Source: the human T2T-CHM13v2.0 reference genome, Homo sapiens
DNA: 64,000 bases
Strand: one strand, 5' to 3'
NCBI RefSeq assembly: GCF_009914755.1
Contig: NC_060927.1
Under the pieces are notes generated by a model. It was not told the DNA's origin. It did no database searches and worked only from the letters and a program-made list of their open reading frames with translations. Made by a program: the position numbers and the translations under genes. Below, piece by piece: positions 17,106 to 32,007 of the stretch; position 1 is the stretch's first letter; every line of letters starts with the position of its first letter.

Positions 17106-17436
17106 GTAAAAATTATGACTGAATTTTAACTATCATGTGTGTTATATGTAAGTGTTCATGGAGCACATGCAGTTATGTGTCTATTACCTGAGTGGTAGGA
17201 TTTTTGAATGTGTATCTATTTATACCACCATTTTTACAATATTATTAGTGCAACAGATAATTAAAATTAAAAAGAGACCATTTGATATTTATTTGCCTTT
17301 AATTTATCCAATTTTTTTCAGGGAGATAGCTTAAATAGTAGAACAGAGGAGAGACAAGCTAGAGCGGGTGATGACTAGAGTAGAAGATAATGAAAGACAT
17401 AATCATATCCGTTTTTAAATAAAAAATTACTATGTT

Positions 17437-17740
17437 GCCAGGCGTAGTGGCTCACACCTGTAATCCCAGCACTTTGGGAGGCCAAGGTGAGAGGATCCCT
17501 TAAAGCCAGGAATTCAAGACCAGCCTGCCTGGGCAACCAGGCAAGACCCTATCTCTCCAAAAATAAATTTAAAAATTAGTTGGGCATGTTGACATATGCC
17601 TATAATCCTAGCTATTTGGAAGTTGAGGCAGGAGGATCACTTAAGCCCAGGAGTTTGAGGTTGCAGTGAGTTATGATCATGCCACTGCCCTCCAGCCTGG
17701 GTGAGGCCCCACCTCCAAGAATAATAAATAAATAAATAAA
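17437..17740 (+). mobile_element. AluJ
   Basis: Dimeric Alu with TSD 'aaattactatg' on both sides. Confidence 0.93.
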
Positions 17741-18024
17741 TTACTATGCTTACTTTTCATTGAACTACTGAAAGCAAAGCTGCCTATCCAAGAATCACAG
17801 GGCTTTAGTTATGAAAAGGGCCTTAGAGTTTACAGAGTTGATCTCCTTTGCTTCATAGATTTAAAAAAGTCAAAGCCACAGTATTACACAGTTTGATGAC
17901 AGCAGGATCAGGACAAGAATTCAGATTCCTGACTCAGTCCAGTGCTCTTTTTTCAGATCAGCTGCTGATTGATCCACAAAGCTGTGACAGGACCCAGGAC
18001 CAAGTGGGGAAAAACAAATCTCAC

Positions 18025-18503
18025 TGGGAAGATAGTCAGAAAAAGTTAGTAATTCTCCACTCCTTCTTGAAGTCATATGCCTTTGCAATATGACTTTAAA
18101 AAGATGAAGTACCTTTTTGACCCCTTGAAGCTGAGCTTGGCCATGTGAGTTGCTTTGACCAATAGAATGAGGCAGAAATCATGTTGTGCCAGCTGTGAGT
18201 CTAGGCCTCCAGAAGCGTGAGCGATTCAGCTCTGTCTCTTTGAAGCCTGCCAGCTACCAGGTCAACAAGCTTGGACTAGCCTTTTGGAAGCTGAGAGACC
18301 ATGTGGAGCAGAGATGAATTGTTCTAGCCCCCAGCAGATTCAGCAGCTGACCATAGATGCATGAGTGAGACCAGTCTAGGTCAGAACATCTCAGCCAAGC
18401 CCAGTTCAAATTGCTGACCAATAGAATTGTGGGTTAAATAAATGATTTTGTTTCAAGCTACCAAGATTTAGGGTGGTTTGTTTATAGCAAAAGTGAATGG
18501 ATA
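18025..18503 (+). mobile_element. MLT1H/I-like MaLR solo LTR
   Basis: 'ggccatgtgagttgctttgaccaatagaatgaggcagaa' and a 3' end 'gggtggtttgtttatagcaa'. Confidence 0.8.
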
Positions 18504-19724
18504 TCACATCAATTGATCATATTAAGCCATGTCTCATTCATCTTTCGTGTTGCAAATTAGTGTTCCTTCCCTCTAATTTTAAAAAAGAAAATCTCTTCAA
18601 ATGAAAGATACAAATTGTAAGGAGGCAAAGGAAATATTGGCATTTACAGCATCTTTTCAAATTAGGCCTGGACACTTGCTCCCTTCTCTGGAAAGACCTC
18701 CTGAGGACATTTGACATTACATAGCATTCTGTTGTTCATTAAATTCTGTTCTCTTTCTTACTCCAGACAAATAAATTCAGATACTGTATGTTGCTATCAC
18801 TTTCTCTTTCTTCTTTATTATCACTCAGGGATGACATAGCTCTATCCCCTTCAGAACCCTTTTTATTGCAGTTGCTGTTACTTGTCAGCTAGAAGTTTAG
18901 CATTCTGCTCTCAGAAGCTTTTGCAGGTTTGGCAAATGCCTTGCAGAGATGTCCTCTGTTCCTGCAGACAAAAAATCGAGTTAAGGTATATTTCTTTCAA
19001 GAGAAATAAGCATTCATTCTGACCTTTTCCTGCTATTCTGCCCACTCCTAGAGCACTGTGTGTGCTCTGGTGGTGACCATGGCCCTGAGCCAGAGGGAGG
19101 GAAGTCTCACCATATTGTTGTCAGAGTAGATAATCAGTGGGGCACATGAAAGGGAAGTGCTCCAGGATTTGTGGGCTGCTTAGGCTCAAAGATGCTCTCT
19201 TCTCATCCAGCTAACGGGGACTAATGGAAGCAATAAAACCCATGTTCATTAGTGAATCTCAGGCTCCCAGCACCCTGGTGGGAGGGTGGCTGAGCAAGAA
19301 GCCAACTATAGTGGCTTCTCCTTCCTTCTTTGGAACACACATGTGCACACACACACAGACACCCAGCACTCTCACTTAAAAGGTGTGACAGCTTTCGGGA
19401 GTAGAGTTGTAGCTATATAAGATTAATGAAATATGGTTATCAGAGGCTTTGGTTCCCATACTTTATTATTTGTTAGTTTTTTCTTTTTTCATTTTCATGG
19501 CTGCTTCATGCTTTTATTTTCACAGACAAACCTTGGTGAAGCACCTACTCTGTGCAAGGCAATGTGTTAAGTACTACCATGAGGACACAAAGGAGGACTA
19601 TAAACTGCCTGTAAGATGGTAAAAGTCTATTAAACAGGAGCGCACCATAAGTAAGTGAAGAAATTAATCATAAAAACTGCTAGTCAAAGAAGAAATACCA
19701 CGGTAGATTAGAATGTTTCTTTTC

Positions 19725-20029
19725 TTTTCTTTCTTTCTTTTTTTTTTTTGAGATGGACTCTTACTCTGTCACCCAGGCTAGAGTGCAGTGGCACAATCTC
19801 ACTACTGCAACCTCCACCTCGTGGGCTCAAGCGTTTCTTTTGTCTCAGTCTCCCAAGCAGCTGAGATTACAGGCTTCTGCTAACACGCACAGCTAATTTT
19901 TGTATTTTTAGTAGAGATGGGGTTTCATCAGGTTGGCCAGGCTGATCTCGAACTCCTGGACTCAGGTGATCTGCCTGCCTCGGCCTTCCAAAGTGTTGGG
20001 ATTACAGGTGTGAGCTACCGTGCCTGGCC
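19725..20029 (-). mobile_element. AluS (Sx/Sz-like)
   Basis: 15-bp TSD agaatgtttcttttc at 19710-19724 and 20030-20044. Confidence 0.95.
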
Positions 20030-20666
20030 AGAATGTTTCTTTTCATGAGAAATTCTTATTCTGTGGATCTATGAACTTTTGGTTCTCTTCCTGAGTATAG
20101 TGACTTTTCTCCTTTCTTATTGGTTGGAAACTGCATTCTCTGCCAGTCAACTCTGTCACACCTGAGGAGATAGGGCTGCATTGGACTAGATGGCTGCTGG
20201 GAACAAAGAGGAGTGCTTACAATAAAGGAGTGAATGCAAACACTGCCTGAGACACACTGTTTAGGGAGAAAGCCAGAGAAACAGAATTGGTCGCCTAATA
20301 TATATCGAGTAGTCCCTCTTTATCTATGGTTTCACTTTCCATAGTTTCAGTTACTTGCAGTCAACCATATTCCAATTATATTATCTGGAAAATTCCAGAA
20401 ATAAAGAATTTATAAGTTTTAAATTGCACGCTGCTCTGAATAGCACAGTACAATCTCAAGCTATACCCTACTCTGTCTAGCCTGGGATGTGAGTCATCCC
20501 TTTGTCCAGTGTATTCACACTGTCTACACTAGCCACCCATTAGTTACTTAGCCATCTTGGTTATCAGATTTACTGTCTCAATATCACAGTGCTTGTATTC
20601 AAGTAACCCTTATTTTGCTTAGTAATATCCCCGAAGCACAAGAGTGGTGATGCTGGCAATTTGGAT

Positions 20667-22230
20667 ATGCCAAAGAGAAGCCATAAAATGCTTTCTTTAA
20701 ATGAAAAAGTAAAGTTCTTGACTTAAAAAGGAAAGACAAAATGTTGTATCCTGAGGTGACTAAGATCTATGGAAAGAAGAAATCTTCTATCAGTGAAATT
20801 GTGAGAAGAGAAAGAAATGCATGCTAGGTTTGCTGTAGCACCTCAAACTGCAAAAGTCACAGCCACAGTGTGTGATAAATGCTTAATTAAGATGGAGAAG
20901 GCATTAAATTTGTGGGTGGAAGACATGAACAGAAAATTTTCAATTGATGGTAACATGTTGCGTCAGAAAGCATTGAGCCTATACGAAGACTTCAGCAAGG
21001 CATCCCCTGAAACGAGTGACAGCAAGTCATTTACTGAACGTAAGGGATGTTTATACAGATTGAGAAATAGGTTTGAACTGAAAAATATAAAAAGTATTGC
21101 AGTCTGCTGAAGAAGTTGCTGCCACATTTCTGGCAGAGTTGAAGAAGTTGATTAAGGAGAAAGAATAGTATCCAAAGCAAGTCCAAATGCAATGAAATCG
21201 AGCTCTCCCAGAAGAAGATGCCCAATAGAACCTACATTCATAATGCAAAGGAGGCACCAGGGCATAAGGCATGGAAAGACAAATTAATTCTGGTACTAGG
21301 TGGCAATATTACAGGACACATGATAAAGCCAGGTATAGTGTACAGAGGAAAGAACCCATGCATTCTCAAAGACAAAAACAAAAATTATCTGCTCATGTTC
21401 TGGCAACAAATCAGAAAGTATGAGTGCCACCCATCTTGATTGTGGAATGGTTCTACCAATGTTTCATCCTAGAAGTGAAAAAAATAATTGGAAGAGAAAA
21501 AGTTGGAATGTAAAGTGCTATTAATAACAGACAATGCTCCCTAGCCACCCTGAATCTGTTTGCTATGAATATGAAAATGTTGAGGCTGTATTTTTACCTC
21601 CAAATATAACCATGTCATTGTTTCAGCCCCTTGACAAGGGCATCATTTGGTTTTTCAAGGCCACATGCAACCAGCAGGTACGTGATTGCATTTGATCAGC
21701 AACTGACACAGACTCTAATCTGAATATAATGCAGTGCTGAAAATCATTCAGTGTTGCTGATGTAAAAACATTCATTAAAATGACAATGGATGAATTAAAC
21801 CAGAAACTAAATGCCCACTGGAAGAGCTTATAGAGTGACGCTGTGAATGATTTTAAAGGCTTCCTGGGGATTGATGGAGAAGTTAGGAAAATCATTCATG
21901 CAGCATGACAAGTTGGTAGAGAAGGATTTGTCGACATGCTTGATGAAGTGGAAGAACATATTGAAGACCATTGAGAAGTGTTAACAAGTGAGGAATTAGG
22001 AAAACTTGTCATCTACAAAGGAAGAAGAAGAAGAAAAAACTGAAGCAGAAACAGCAATGTGGACATTACCAAAATTGGTTGAAGACTTTCAAATTGCAGG
22101 GACATTAAAGCACAAAATTATGGAATATGATTCTCATGTGGGACAGTGTCTTAAAGTCACTGGTATGATGATGAAAAGATTACAGTCTCTGCAGCAACAC
22201 TTTGATGAGTTAAAAAGAAAGAGACAATAA
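20667..22230 (+). pseudogene. Disrupted Tigger7 (pogo/CENP-B-like DDE) transposase
   Basis: ATG at 20667 (MPKRSHKMLSLNEKVK); fragments 'KMEKALNLWVEDMNRK...LRQKALSLY', 'MPNRTYI...APGHKAWKDKL' and 'FQPLDKGII'; many stops and frameshifts. Confidence 0.85.
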
Positions 22231-22410
22231 CTTCCGATTACAAAGTTCTTTCAGAAGTTTTCTGCAAAAACCTCAACTACTGAGGATCCCTGACTATTGA
22301 CATTGTCTGTTCCTGACATCAAGCCAATGGTATCATCATGGCCTCACGATCCAGGATAACCCAAAGCAAATAATCCTTTTTCTAACAACATGTCAGAGGG
22401 TCGATAGTAG

Positions 22411-22739
<329 letters not shown>

Positions 22740-23040
22740 TCATTCACCTCACTGCATCTCATCATGTAGGCATTGCATCATCTCACATCATGACATGAAC
22801 AAGGGTGAGTACAGTACAATCAGTATTTTGAGAGAGAGATTACAGTATATTGTTATAATTGTCTTATTATTAGTTTTGTTGTTAATCTCCTACTGTGCCT
22901 AATTTATAAATTAAACTTTATCATAGATACATACGTGTGTATAGAAAAAAATATAACATGTATAGGGTTTGGTATTAACTACAGTTTCAGGCGTCCACTG
23001 AGGGTCTTGGAACATATCCTCTGGGATAAGGATGGACTAA

Positions 23041-23514
23041 TGTCAACCTAAAGGAAGCAGCTGAGGCACAAAATGTAATTTTAAAGAGTTTGCTTGAGCC
23101 CAAATGAGCACAGGGGCTGGGAAAACACTTCCAAGTTGCCTTGGGAAGTGCTCTGCTCAGCCTTTGTTACAAGCAGGTTTTCAAAGGCAAAAGGGAAGAA
23201 GGAGCGGGCTGATACAAAGTTGTTTGACAGGAATCCTCATTGGTTTACAGATATAACATTGATTAGTGATTGGCCATATATGATTGAACTATAGGATATG
23301 AGTTATGGTGTCCAGTGTATGGCATTGTTAGGTTAACTTTGTGGCCACTTGGCATTGGTCAGCCTAGAACCCTCATGGTAAGTGGCTTCAAGAGGTAATG
23401 ACTTAGCTCAAGGGGCAGAATGAGACTGATTGCTGTCACATTTCAATGCCTCTCTCGGCTTGATAATTTAAAGGGGCTTGCATTTTTCAGATTAAAAGTT
23501 TCTTTTCTTTATCA
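23041..23514 (-). mobile_element. MER65-type (MER4-group ERV1) solo LTR
   Basis: TG...CA termini; reverse complement starts 'tgataaagaaaagaaacttttaatctga...tttaaattatcaagcc' and ends 'ttttgtgcctcagctgcttcctttaggttgaca'; 4-bp TSD ctaa/ctac. Confidence 0.8.
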
Positions 23515-23639
23515 CTACTGTACTCTGGATAAATGAACGTAAACTTTGCCCTTGTCTTCAAAATTTATCTTAGCTGCTTTTCCTTTCTGATTTTTGACTC
23601 TTGAGCTACTTCCTTCTCTTTCATGCTACGGGTCACACT

Positions 23640-24420
23640 TGGGTTCATCTTCATGAGGTGTAATGGCGCCGGGATGCGCTCTCCTCTTCTCATTTGCCAA
23701 TTTATTGCAGATCCCTCCTCGAAAAAGTTTTGGGACTAACTCAGCCCCATGGAGATCAAGGTGAATTAGAAAAACAACAAAACAAAACAAGATTCATTTT
23801 AACATCTCATTTTTCTATCTCCAACTTTCCCTCCCCTCCTCCCACCCCAGGAAGAAAAGACTACGTTTGTTTCTGGTGATACATTCATTGTAGGTGGGTG
23901 GGTGACTTCTAGAAGAGGAAAATCAAGAAGATTTGGAGAAGGAGTCTTGGAAGCTCTGGTGAAGTTTTCCAAAACTGGGAAGGACAGAGGTATGTGATTA
24001 CTGGCATCCTGCCGCCGCACAGTGCTCCCGGGAGGAGGGGGAGTATCAGAAGGGAACGGCTGGCTGGACCCCCTTTGCAGAGGCTTCCAGAATTGGCAGT
24101 CTTTCCTGTGCTACAGCTTTGCACAGCAGCATTGAGGTGACATGTATTTTTTGGACATTTCCAGAGGAACAATTTACACTTGGTCTATGGTGAGTGGTAC
24201 CCTCTGGAATTGTTTATCGTAGCAGTCCTATTAGGAACCAACTGGACAATGAACTCGTCGGTAGAAACCAGGGCAGAATATCGCAGTGACCTAACACTGC
24301 AGGCTGCCTCAGACCCCTGGTGCCTCCTTAAGTTTCCTGAGGTGGTGGCGGAGGTGGTGGCGAAGGTGGTGGTGGTGAGTGCTCATAAAACCCGGGAATT
24401 TCTCTACAATCCAGCAGGAT
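23640..24420 (+). promoter_or_regulatory. Unique, locally CpG/GC-enriched segment; candidate promoter or first exon
   Basis: More CpGs than the flanks, YY1-like AATGGCG at 23662, and consensus donors ATG|GTGAGT (24187-24195) and GTG|GTGAGT (24372-24380); no transcript evidence. Confidence 0.3.
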
Positions 24421-24655
24421 GAGCACTTAAAGGAGGCAAAATTTGAATGATCAGAGTAAAAAAGATGATATTTATTCCTTTTAAGTTTTCCAACAGAACA
24501 AAATTCACAACGACCTCCATGTGTTTTACTTAATGAGAACTTAAAATGATTATTTTGTTTCCATTTTTGCTGCGGATTCAGAGCAGATACTCATTGGCTA
24601 ATGACTAATTCAGAGACACAACCATCCTTTTTCGTAGTCACAAAAAGAAACACCG

Positions 24656-24941
<286 letters not shown>

Positions 24942-25691
24942 AAAAAGAAACACTGGATCACTTGGTGAAAATGAGATTACAGGAAAGCAAAACATGCATG
25001 AAAAGTAAATAGTAGGGCTTCCACATCTCACCCCCCAGGATTTCACATATTATTGATGTTTTACTGCTTCCAGTTTTCAGATATTCTTTTCTGTGGTTAA
25101 AAATAAAGAATTAAAAAAAATTTGCCGGAGTTCAGTATAGAGAATGTATTTCCTAAGGGCACTCTATCTTAGGGTGGTTATAAGTCATAACAATAGCAGC
25201 AGCAGAAGCAATGGCTATACAAGACAGTATGTTCACCATACAATATGGAGTGTTAACTTCCTTTTGTAGTTAATCCACATGCTGTCTATTTAGCACCTTA
25301 CTCCATTTATTTCTGATTATTTCATCTTCCTAAACACAGAAAAGCAGTACAGATTACATCCAATTCACTCATCTTTTTAATTTAGTTAAACACTCAAGTT
25401 AGTTATTCTAGGATGCAGGACTGGATTATTGCCACCTACAAGCTAATTGTGCCATTGTAACCCTTCAGGTCAGCCTGAAATAGTATAAACTTCTCCCAGC
25501 TACCCCTGGGAGGGAGAGATTTCGGCAAACAGATGTCACCTACTGTGGAGGCTGCCCTTCAAGCCAACAATAAAAAACAATGTTGGTGATCTGTATGTTT
25601 TGATGGGGTGCAAAAGAGACATGCTGCCGTGCAGATGGGGCCCAGGGGTTTAGAGGTGAGCAGGAGTTGGATCTTACAAATTCTTCTACTG

Positions 25692-25906
25692 CCAGTTTTC
25701 TCGATCTTGGACACTATTGACATTTGGCGCCAGATAATTCTTTGATTGGGGAGTTTGTCTGCGTATCATAGGATGTTTAACAGCCTTTCTGGCCTCTAAC
25801 TACCAGATGCCCTTATGCAGTACCCTGCCCCAGTTATTTCAGCAAAAAAATGTCTCCAGTCATTGCCAGTGAGGAGGTCAAAATCACCCCAAGCTGAGAA
25901 CCACTG
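25692..25906 (+). mobile_element. MER20 (hAT-Charlie)
   Basis: 'acactattgacattt...cagataattcttt', 'aaatgtctccag' and TIR 'gagaaccactg'; 8-bp TSD ttctac(t/a)g. Confidence 0.88.
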
Positions 25907-26016
25907 TTCTACAGCAATACCTTTCAAACCTAGTATTAGTTGGTAGCTGTGCTATAAGTCCCAATAAAGTGATAACATTTGGGAAAAAAAAAAGAACTCT
26001 GAAAATTTAATTTTTA

Positions 26017-26323
<307 letters not shown>

Positions 26324-27223
26324 CACTGAAAATTCAATTTTTATGAACTAGACCAAATGTATGTTTATCCCTCTTAGAATGTTGTTGGTAGATACCAACA
26401 AAGATATTTCTTGAATGGAAGAGACGGTGGAAATGGAAATGAGATGTGTGCATGATATATTTTTTCCCTACTCCAGCCTGCAGTGGGTTACCAGAGATGA
26501 ATCACTCATGGCTGTGATGTTATGGGGAAGTGCAAGGCTTTGCTTGCTGTCTTTAGTTCTGAGAATTTGTGAAGATCTGGTCACCCCAGTCACCCCCACT
26601 GGTTTCTCATGAAGCCATCGCCTGAGTTGCAGCAGACATAAGAAAGCTTGAGTAAAAACTGCTGATCCATAGCCCAAACAATTATTCGTCTGACACAGCC
26701 AACTGGAATGAAGAACTTTTTTGCTTCTTTTCCTACCTCTGTCTCAACTAGCAGGAGAATACCATATCTCATGGGAGTAATGTATCTTGCTGACCATTTC
26801 AACTGAGCATATTTATGCAAAGAATAGTAACTAACCATATGGGAGCTAAACTTAATCAGGCAAATTTGTTTAGAAAGTTGGAATTGAGTGTCTTCCACCA
26901 ATCCTATTAAAAAAAGATACTTCATCCGTATTTATGCTGCTGTCTCTACTATGATGCTTGCTCAAAGAATGAGCAAGTTCAATCTCTTTGGAATACCTCT
27001 CTATGTTAGCAATGAGTGTCCTTGGCACCAGTAGGTAAGAAAGCTGAGAGAAGAGGGCTTACTTATACCCAGTGATAATTATGGTGATAGTCTTTCCTGA
27101 GGACTAAATTCCATGGTTCTTCAAGGAGCAGTGGGGTGCTTGCTCTGTCTTTTACCTTGAATGCCTCTAAAGCCATGACTCTCTGTGCTCAGCCCCTAAG
27201 GTTTTGCGGAGGCAGGCCTGGAT

Positions 27224-27388
27224 CAATGGTTCCCAGGCCTAGCTGAGCATTTATTCACCCAAGGATCTCAGAAGAAATAATCAAGATCATACTCAGTTCT
27301 AATATGGTTTTGGGTGTGGGATCTCTGAATATGTATTTTTAAGAATTTCCTCAGGTTTTTCTGATATGCAACTACTTTGAATACCTCT
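27224..27388. mobile_element. MER5-like hAT relic
   Basis: 'caatggttccca' and 'tgtatttttaagaatttcctcaggtttttctgatatgca'. Confidence 0.55.
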
Positions 27389-27429
27389 AGAATAGTGAAG
27401 ATGATGATGGTGGCTATGTTGATATCTAC

Positions 27430-27635
27430 AGTGTATGGAGCTCTTACTGTGCTCCAGACCTGTGTTTAATGCTTCCCATGCATTCACTCATTTCATCCTT
27501 CCCAAATCTCTATGAGTTACTAGTATTGTTCCCATTTGAAGGTGAGGAAACTGAGGGTCAAAGAATTTAGTAATTTTTTCAAGTTCATGCAAGTCGCACT
27601 TGGCATGCCTCCGGAGCTGGAGTTTTTAACCATTA
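27430..27635 (-). mobile_element. MIR
   Basis: 'cccatttgaaggtgaggaaactgagggtcaaagaatttagtaat'. Confidence 0.8.
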
Positions 27636-29025
27636 AACATTTTTTCCTCCCTACCATTTTTTTCAACTGTAAGGGGGGTGGGGGTTAGAATAATCAAGAC
27701 ACATGCAGATCATTGGGGGAAAAGATCTCTCTGAAAATGTCTGGAATTTCTGTAGGCCTCTGAATCTGGGCCTTTTTCTCAGAGTTAAGGAGCCGTTGGG
27801 CTGACAGGCACATTTAGGTGTAAAGTTGATTTTGTCATATCTCAGACAGGGAGTCTTGCAGCTCCATAAACAGGGAATGGAGGCTACAGAACTGCCTGAG
27901 GGAAAGGGTTCATAAAAATGATATTTTTACTAAGCACCAGAAAGAACATTTTCATCTTTAAATATGCAGAGACACTACAGCAAGTATCACAAATTCATTC
28001 TGGTGATGCAATCAACAACACTTAATTATCAGCTCCACAAGCAAATTAGGTGAGAAAATTACTTGTCTTTTTATATTTATATTATTTCTAAAAGAATTCA
28101 AAGAAGATAAGGATTTAACTACCACAGCATATTACTCATAAATGCCTTCTCTTCTTTAAATGTTGTTTTTTTTCTCTCCCTTTGCTTTAGCCACAGGTCT
28201 GCCTGTTCTTTTGCTTTGCCATTTGTGTGGATACCTAGTAGAGCAATTTGGGTGCCATTCTTTGAGGAATCCATTGGATCTGTCAGAAAGCTGAGGTAGA
28301 GACAGTTGGTGTTAGGGTTAAGTACCAGGACTGGAGATATGTTCCTGAGTGTCTCTGTCTGAATCCATCTGTTTACAACATATGAGGCCAATTTTCTAAG
28401 AAGACTGAGCTGCCCTGCCAAGACTGTTTACCAGAGGTGGCTTTTAGGTGATATTTGTGCAGCCATTGATGCTAACTCATAGTCTGCAAATCCTAGCTCC
28501 ACATTTTCTTTTTCCTGTGAGATATTGTTTTGAGGATATGGAGCTCTGTGGCCTAAGAAAGCCCACAGAGTTAACTCTGCCCATGGAGTTAGTCAGGGCA
28601 AAAAGAAAGCCCACCACTCCCCAGCAAAGTCATATTCTCCTCCACTTTCTCACACCTCACATGGCTCTATTCCCAAGGGATCTTTCTGAGATGCTTCTAG
28701 AGAGGAAGCTATCGCTTCCTCCTTAGTATTTTCTGAAAGCAATGAAGTCTCAGCTATTTTACTAAATATGCTTGCAACAGTTAGAGGCCAAAGCTTGGTT
28801 TCTTCTAGTTTCCCTAATTTGTAAACCTCTATGTTCTCAGTCTGCTCAGCCTGTGTTAGTGGAGAAGAGGGAAGGAAACTGGCTGGAGGCCGCTGGACCC
28901 ACAGAGGACAATAGACAAGCTCCTGCTGTAAGTCACTTCTGGTCCCATCATCAGTTATGCCCCCAGCAATTTGGTTCTCTATCTCCAAAAGCTAGAACAA
29001 TTAGAGATTCTAGAATTTGTCTAGT

Positions 29026-29436
29026 CTAGTGTTTCAGAATCAAATGCCAGGCCTGAGGTGGCCAATGCAAAAAAGTGAAGTGAGTCAGGAGGGGACTGTG
29101 TGAGCTGGAGAGCACATACCTCAACTGCAGGAGGAGCTGCCTTTAGCTCCATCAGACTGTTGTCAGGAGGCAATGTGAACCCAGGGTGCCAGATCTTTCC
29201 AAAAGATTTCAGAAATCTGAATTTTTTAAAAAGAAATTTCATAAATTTTTAATGTTAACAAATCATTCATTTTTTTTCACTTATTTTATTTTTTATTTTT
29301 TTGGAGATGAGATCTTGCTCTGTTGCTCAGGCTGGAATGCAGTGGTGCAATCACTGCTCACTGCAGCCTCTACCTCCTGGACCCAAGTCACCCTCTTGCC
29401 TCAGCCTCCTGAGTAGCGTCACCACACCTGAACAAT

Positions 29437-29483
<47 letters not shown>

Positions 29484-29688
29484 TTTTTGTAGAGACAGAG
29501 TCTTCCTATGTTCTCCAGGCTGGTCTCAAACTCCTGGGCTCAAGCAATCCTGCTTTGGCCTCCCAACGTATTGAGATTACAGGCATGAGCCACCATGCCT
29601 GGCTCTGAATTTTTAAAAAACTGCTTTGTGGGCCAAACAAAACATGTCTGTCAGATATGGTCTGAGGGTCACCAGTTTGCAACTTCTG
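29026..29688 (+). mobile_element. MER102-type hAT-Charlie element interrupted by AluJ
   Basis: 'ggggactgtgtgagctggagagcacat', 'gccagatcttt' and a 3' end 'gggccaaacaaaacatgtctg...ccagtttgcaacttctg'; flanks gtctagtc/ctctagtt. Confidence 0.8.
29270..29603 (-). mobile_element. AluJ with an expanded (TTTA)n in its middle A-rich linker
   Basis: Antisense Alu; (TTTA) about 12 copies at 29436-29487. Confidence 0.92.
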
Positions 29689-29694
29689 CTCTAG

Positions 29695-30051
<357 letters not shown>

Positions 30052-30269
30052 TGATGTCTGAACTAGAGGTCAAGCATTCTTTCCTTTACATTTTATCCTC
30101 AATTCTCTTGATTTTCATCAACTCAAGGATTCATTTCAACTAGTGATGATTGAATACTTTCCATATACAAAGAACTGTGCTGTTTGAGATTACCAGAGAG
30201 TTACATAAAATAATCATCCTTCCCTTCAAGGACTGGTAATTTTCTTGAGAAAGGGCAGAGAAATATGAT

Positions 30270-30826
<557 letters not shown>

Positions 30827-31019
30827 TTAATGCATGTTAATATTTTCCCATGCTTTTCTACTAGACCATACAATAATAGAGTCACCAAAACACAGTATTC
30901 AAGAATGCATAGAAGAGTTATTATCACTCTCTAGAAAACTAATTGTAAAGAATATGCAAACTTGCAGAAACAACACGGAGGGGTCAGAGTGAGAAAAAGT
31001 TTGACTAAGGAAAGTGTTA

Positions 31020-31304
31020 GGTTGGGTACAGTGACTCACACCTGTAATCCTGGCACTTTAGGTTCACTTGAGGTCAGGAGTTGGAGACTTGCTTGGGCAA
31101 CATAGTGAGACCCCTCAACTGTACAAAAAATAAAAAATTAGCCAGGCACAGTGGCATGTGCCTGTAGTCCTAGCTACTCCAGAGGCTGAGGTAGGGATAT
31201 CACTTCAGTCCAGGAGTTCAAGCCTGCAGTGAGCTATGATCATACCACTGCACTGCGGCCTGGACAACAGAGGGTGACCCTGTCTCACAAAAGTAGAAAA
31301 AAAA
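31020..31304 (+). mobile_element. AluJ with a left-arm deletion
   Basis: Dimeric Alu with 'gcaacatagtgagacccc' and 'gcagtgagctatgatc'. Confidence 0.9.
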
Positions 31305-32007
31305 GGGATAGATTCCGAGTAGGTGAGCGTTGAGAATGCGGAAAAGAGCTAGCATTGGGTTGTGTGTTCTCAGCCTTTGAATAGGTCATATAAAGAAAAT
31401 CTATTTTGCCTATTTCTAAATACAGTTCATGATGACTCAGAATCTAGGGGCAGTGGCTTAGAATCAGTTTAGAATCAGCTGAAGGTGCCCCTTGCAGCAG
31501 GTCTGTGCCCCAGTAGAGGAGATGAAAGCCTGTCATTCAGAGGGACTTGATGACTTACCCATAATCACCAGGGCCCGGATGCCCTGGCTCTCAGCATACC
31601 AGCCTTCCTGTGCAGCACACAAATTCTTGCTCCTTAGCCCCAGCTTCTCACACTGAGCCAAGGCCCAATTTCCGTCTCAAATTTACTTTGTTCTTCTATA
31701 AGCATCAAACATTTGACATTTATCATGAAAGGTCTGAACTATTCATCTGACAATTAAACATCCTCTGGGGGCATGCTGAAGGCTTGGTATTTATGTTTGT
31801 GCTTTTATTTTTTCTCTTTAGTAACCTTTCCTTTGCCTCAGTAATACTTATATATACTGCTTCAGAACACGTAAAAGATTAGTCTATGGAAGAACTATTT
31901 ATTTTTAATTTTCACTAAAACTATGCTATATTATAGTATCATTTATTCTGTTTTTTCCAGGGTTAGAACTCTTGGGACATAGCTATCAGGGGCTCCCCCA
32001 ACTTTCC

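Noticed and set aside
20667-22230. Domesticated TIGD/CENP-B-like gene
   Set aside because: The reading frame is broken by many stops and frameshifts and sits inside transposon ends, consistent with neutral decay.
24018-24048. CTCF site
   Set aside because: It only partly resembles the core motif and lacks the CCAC/CCAG start.
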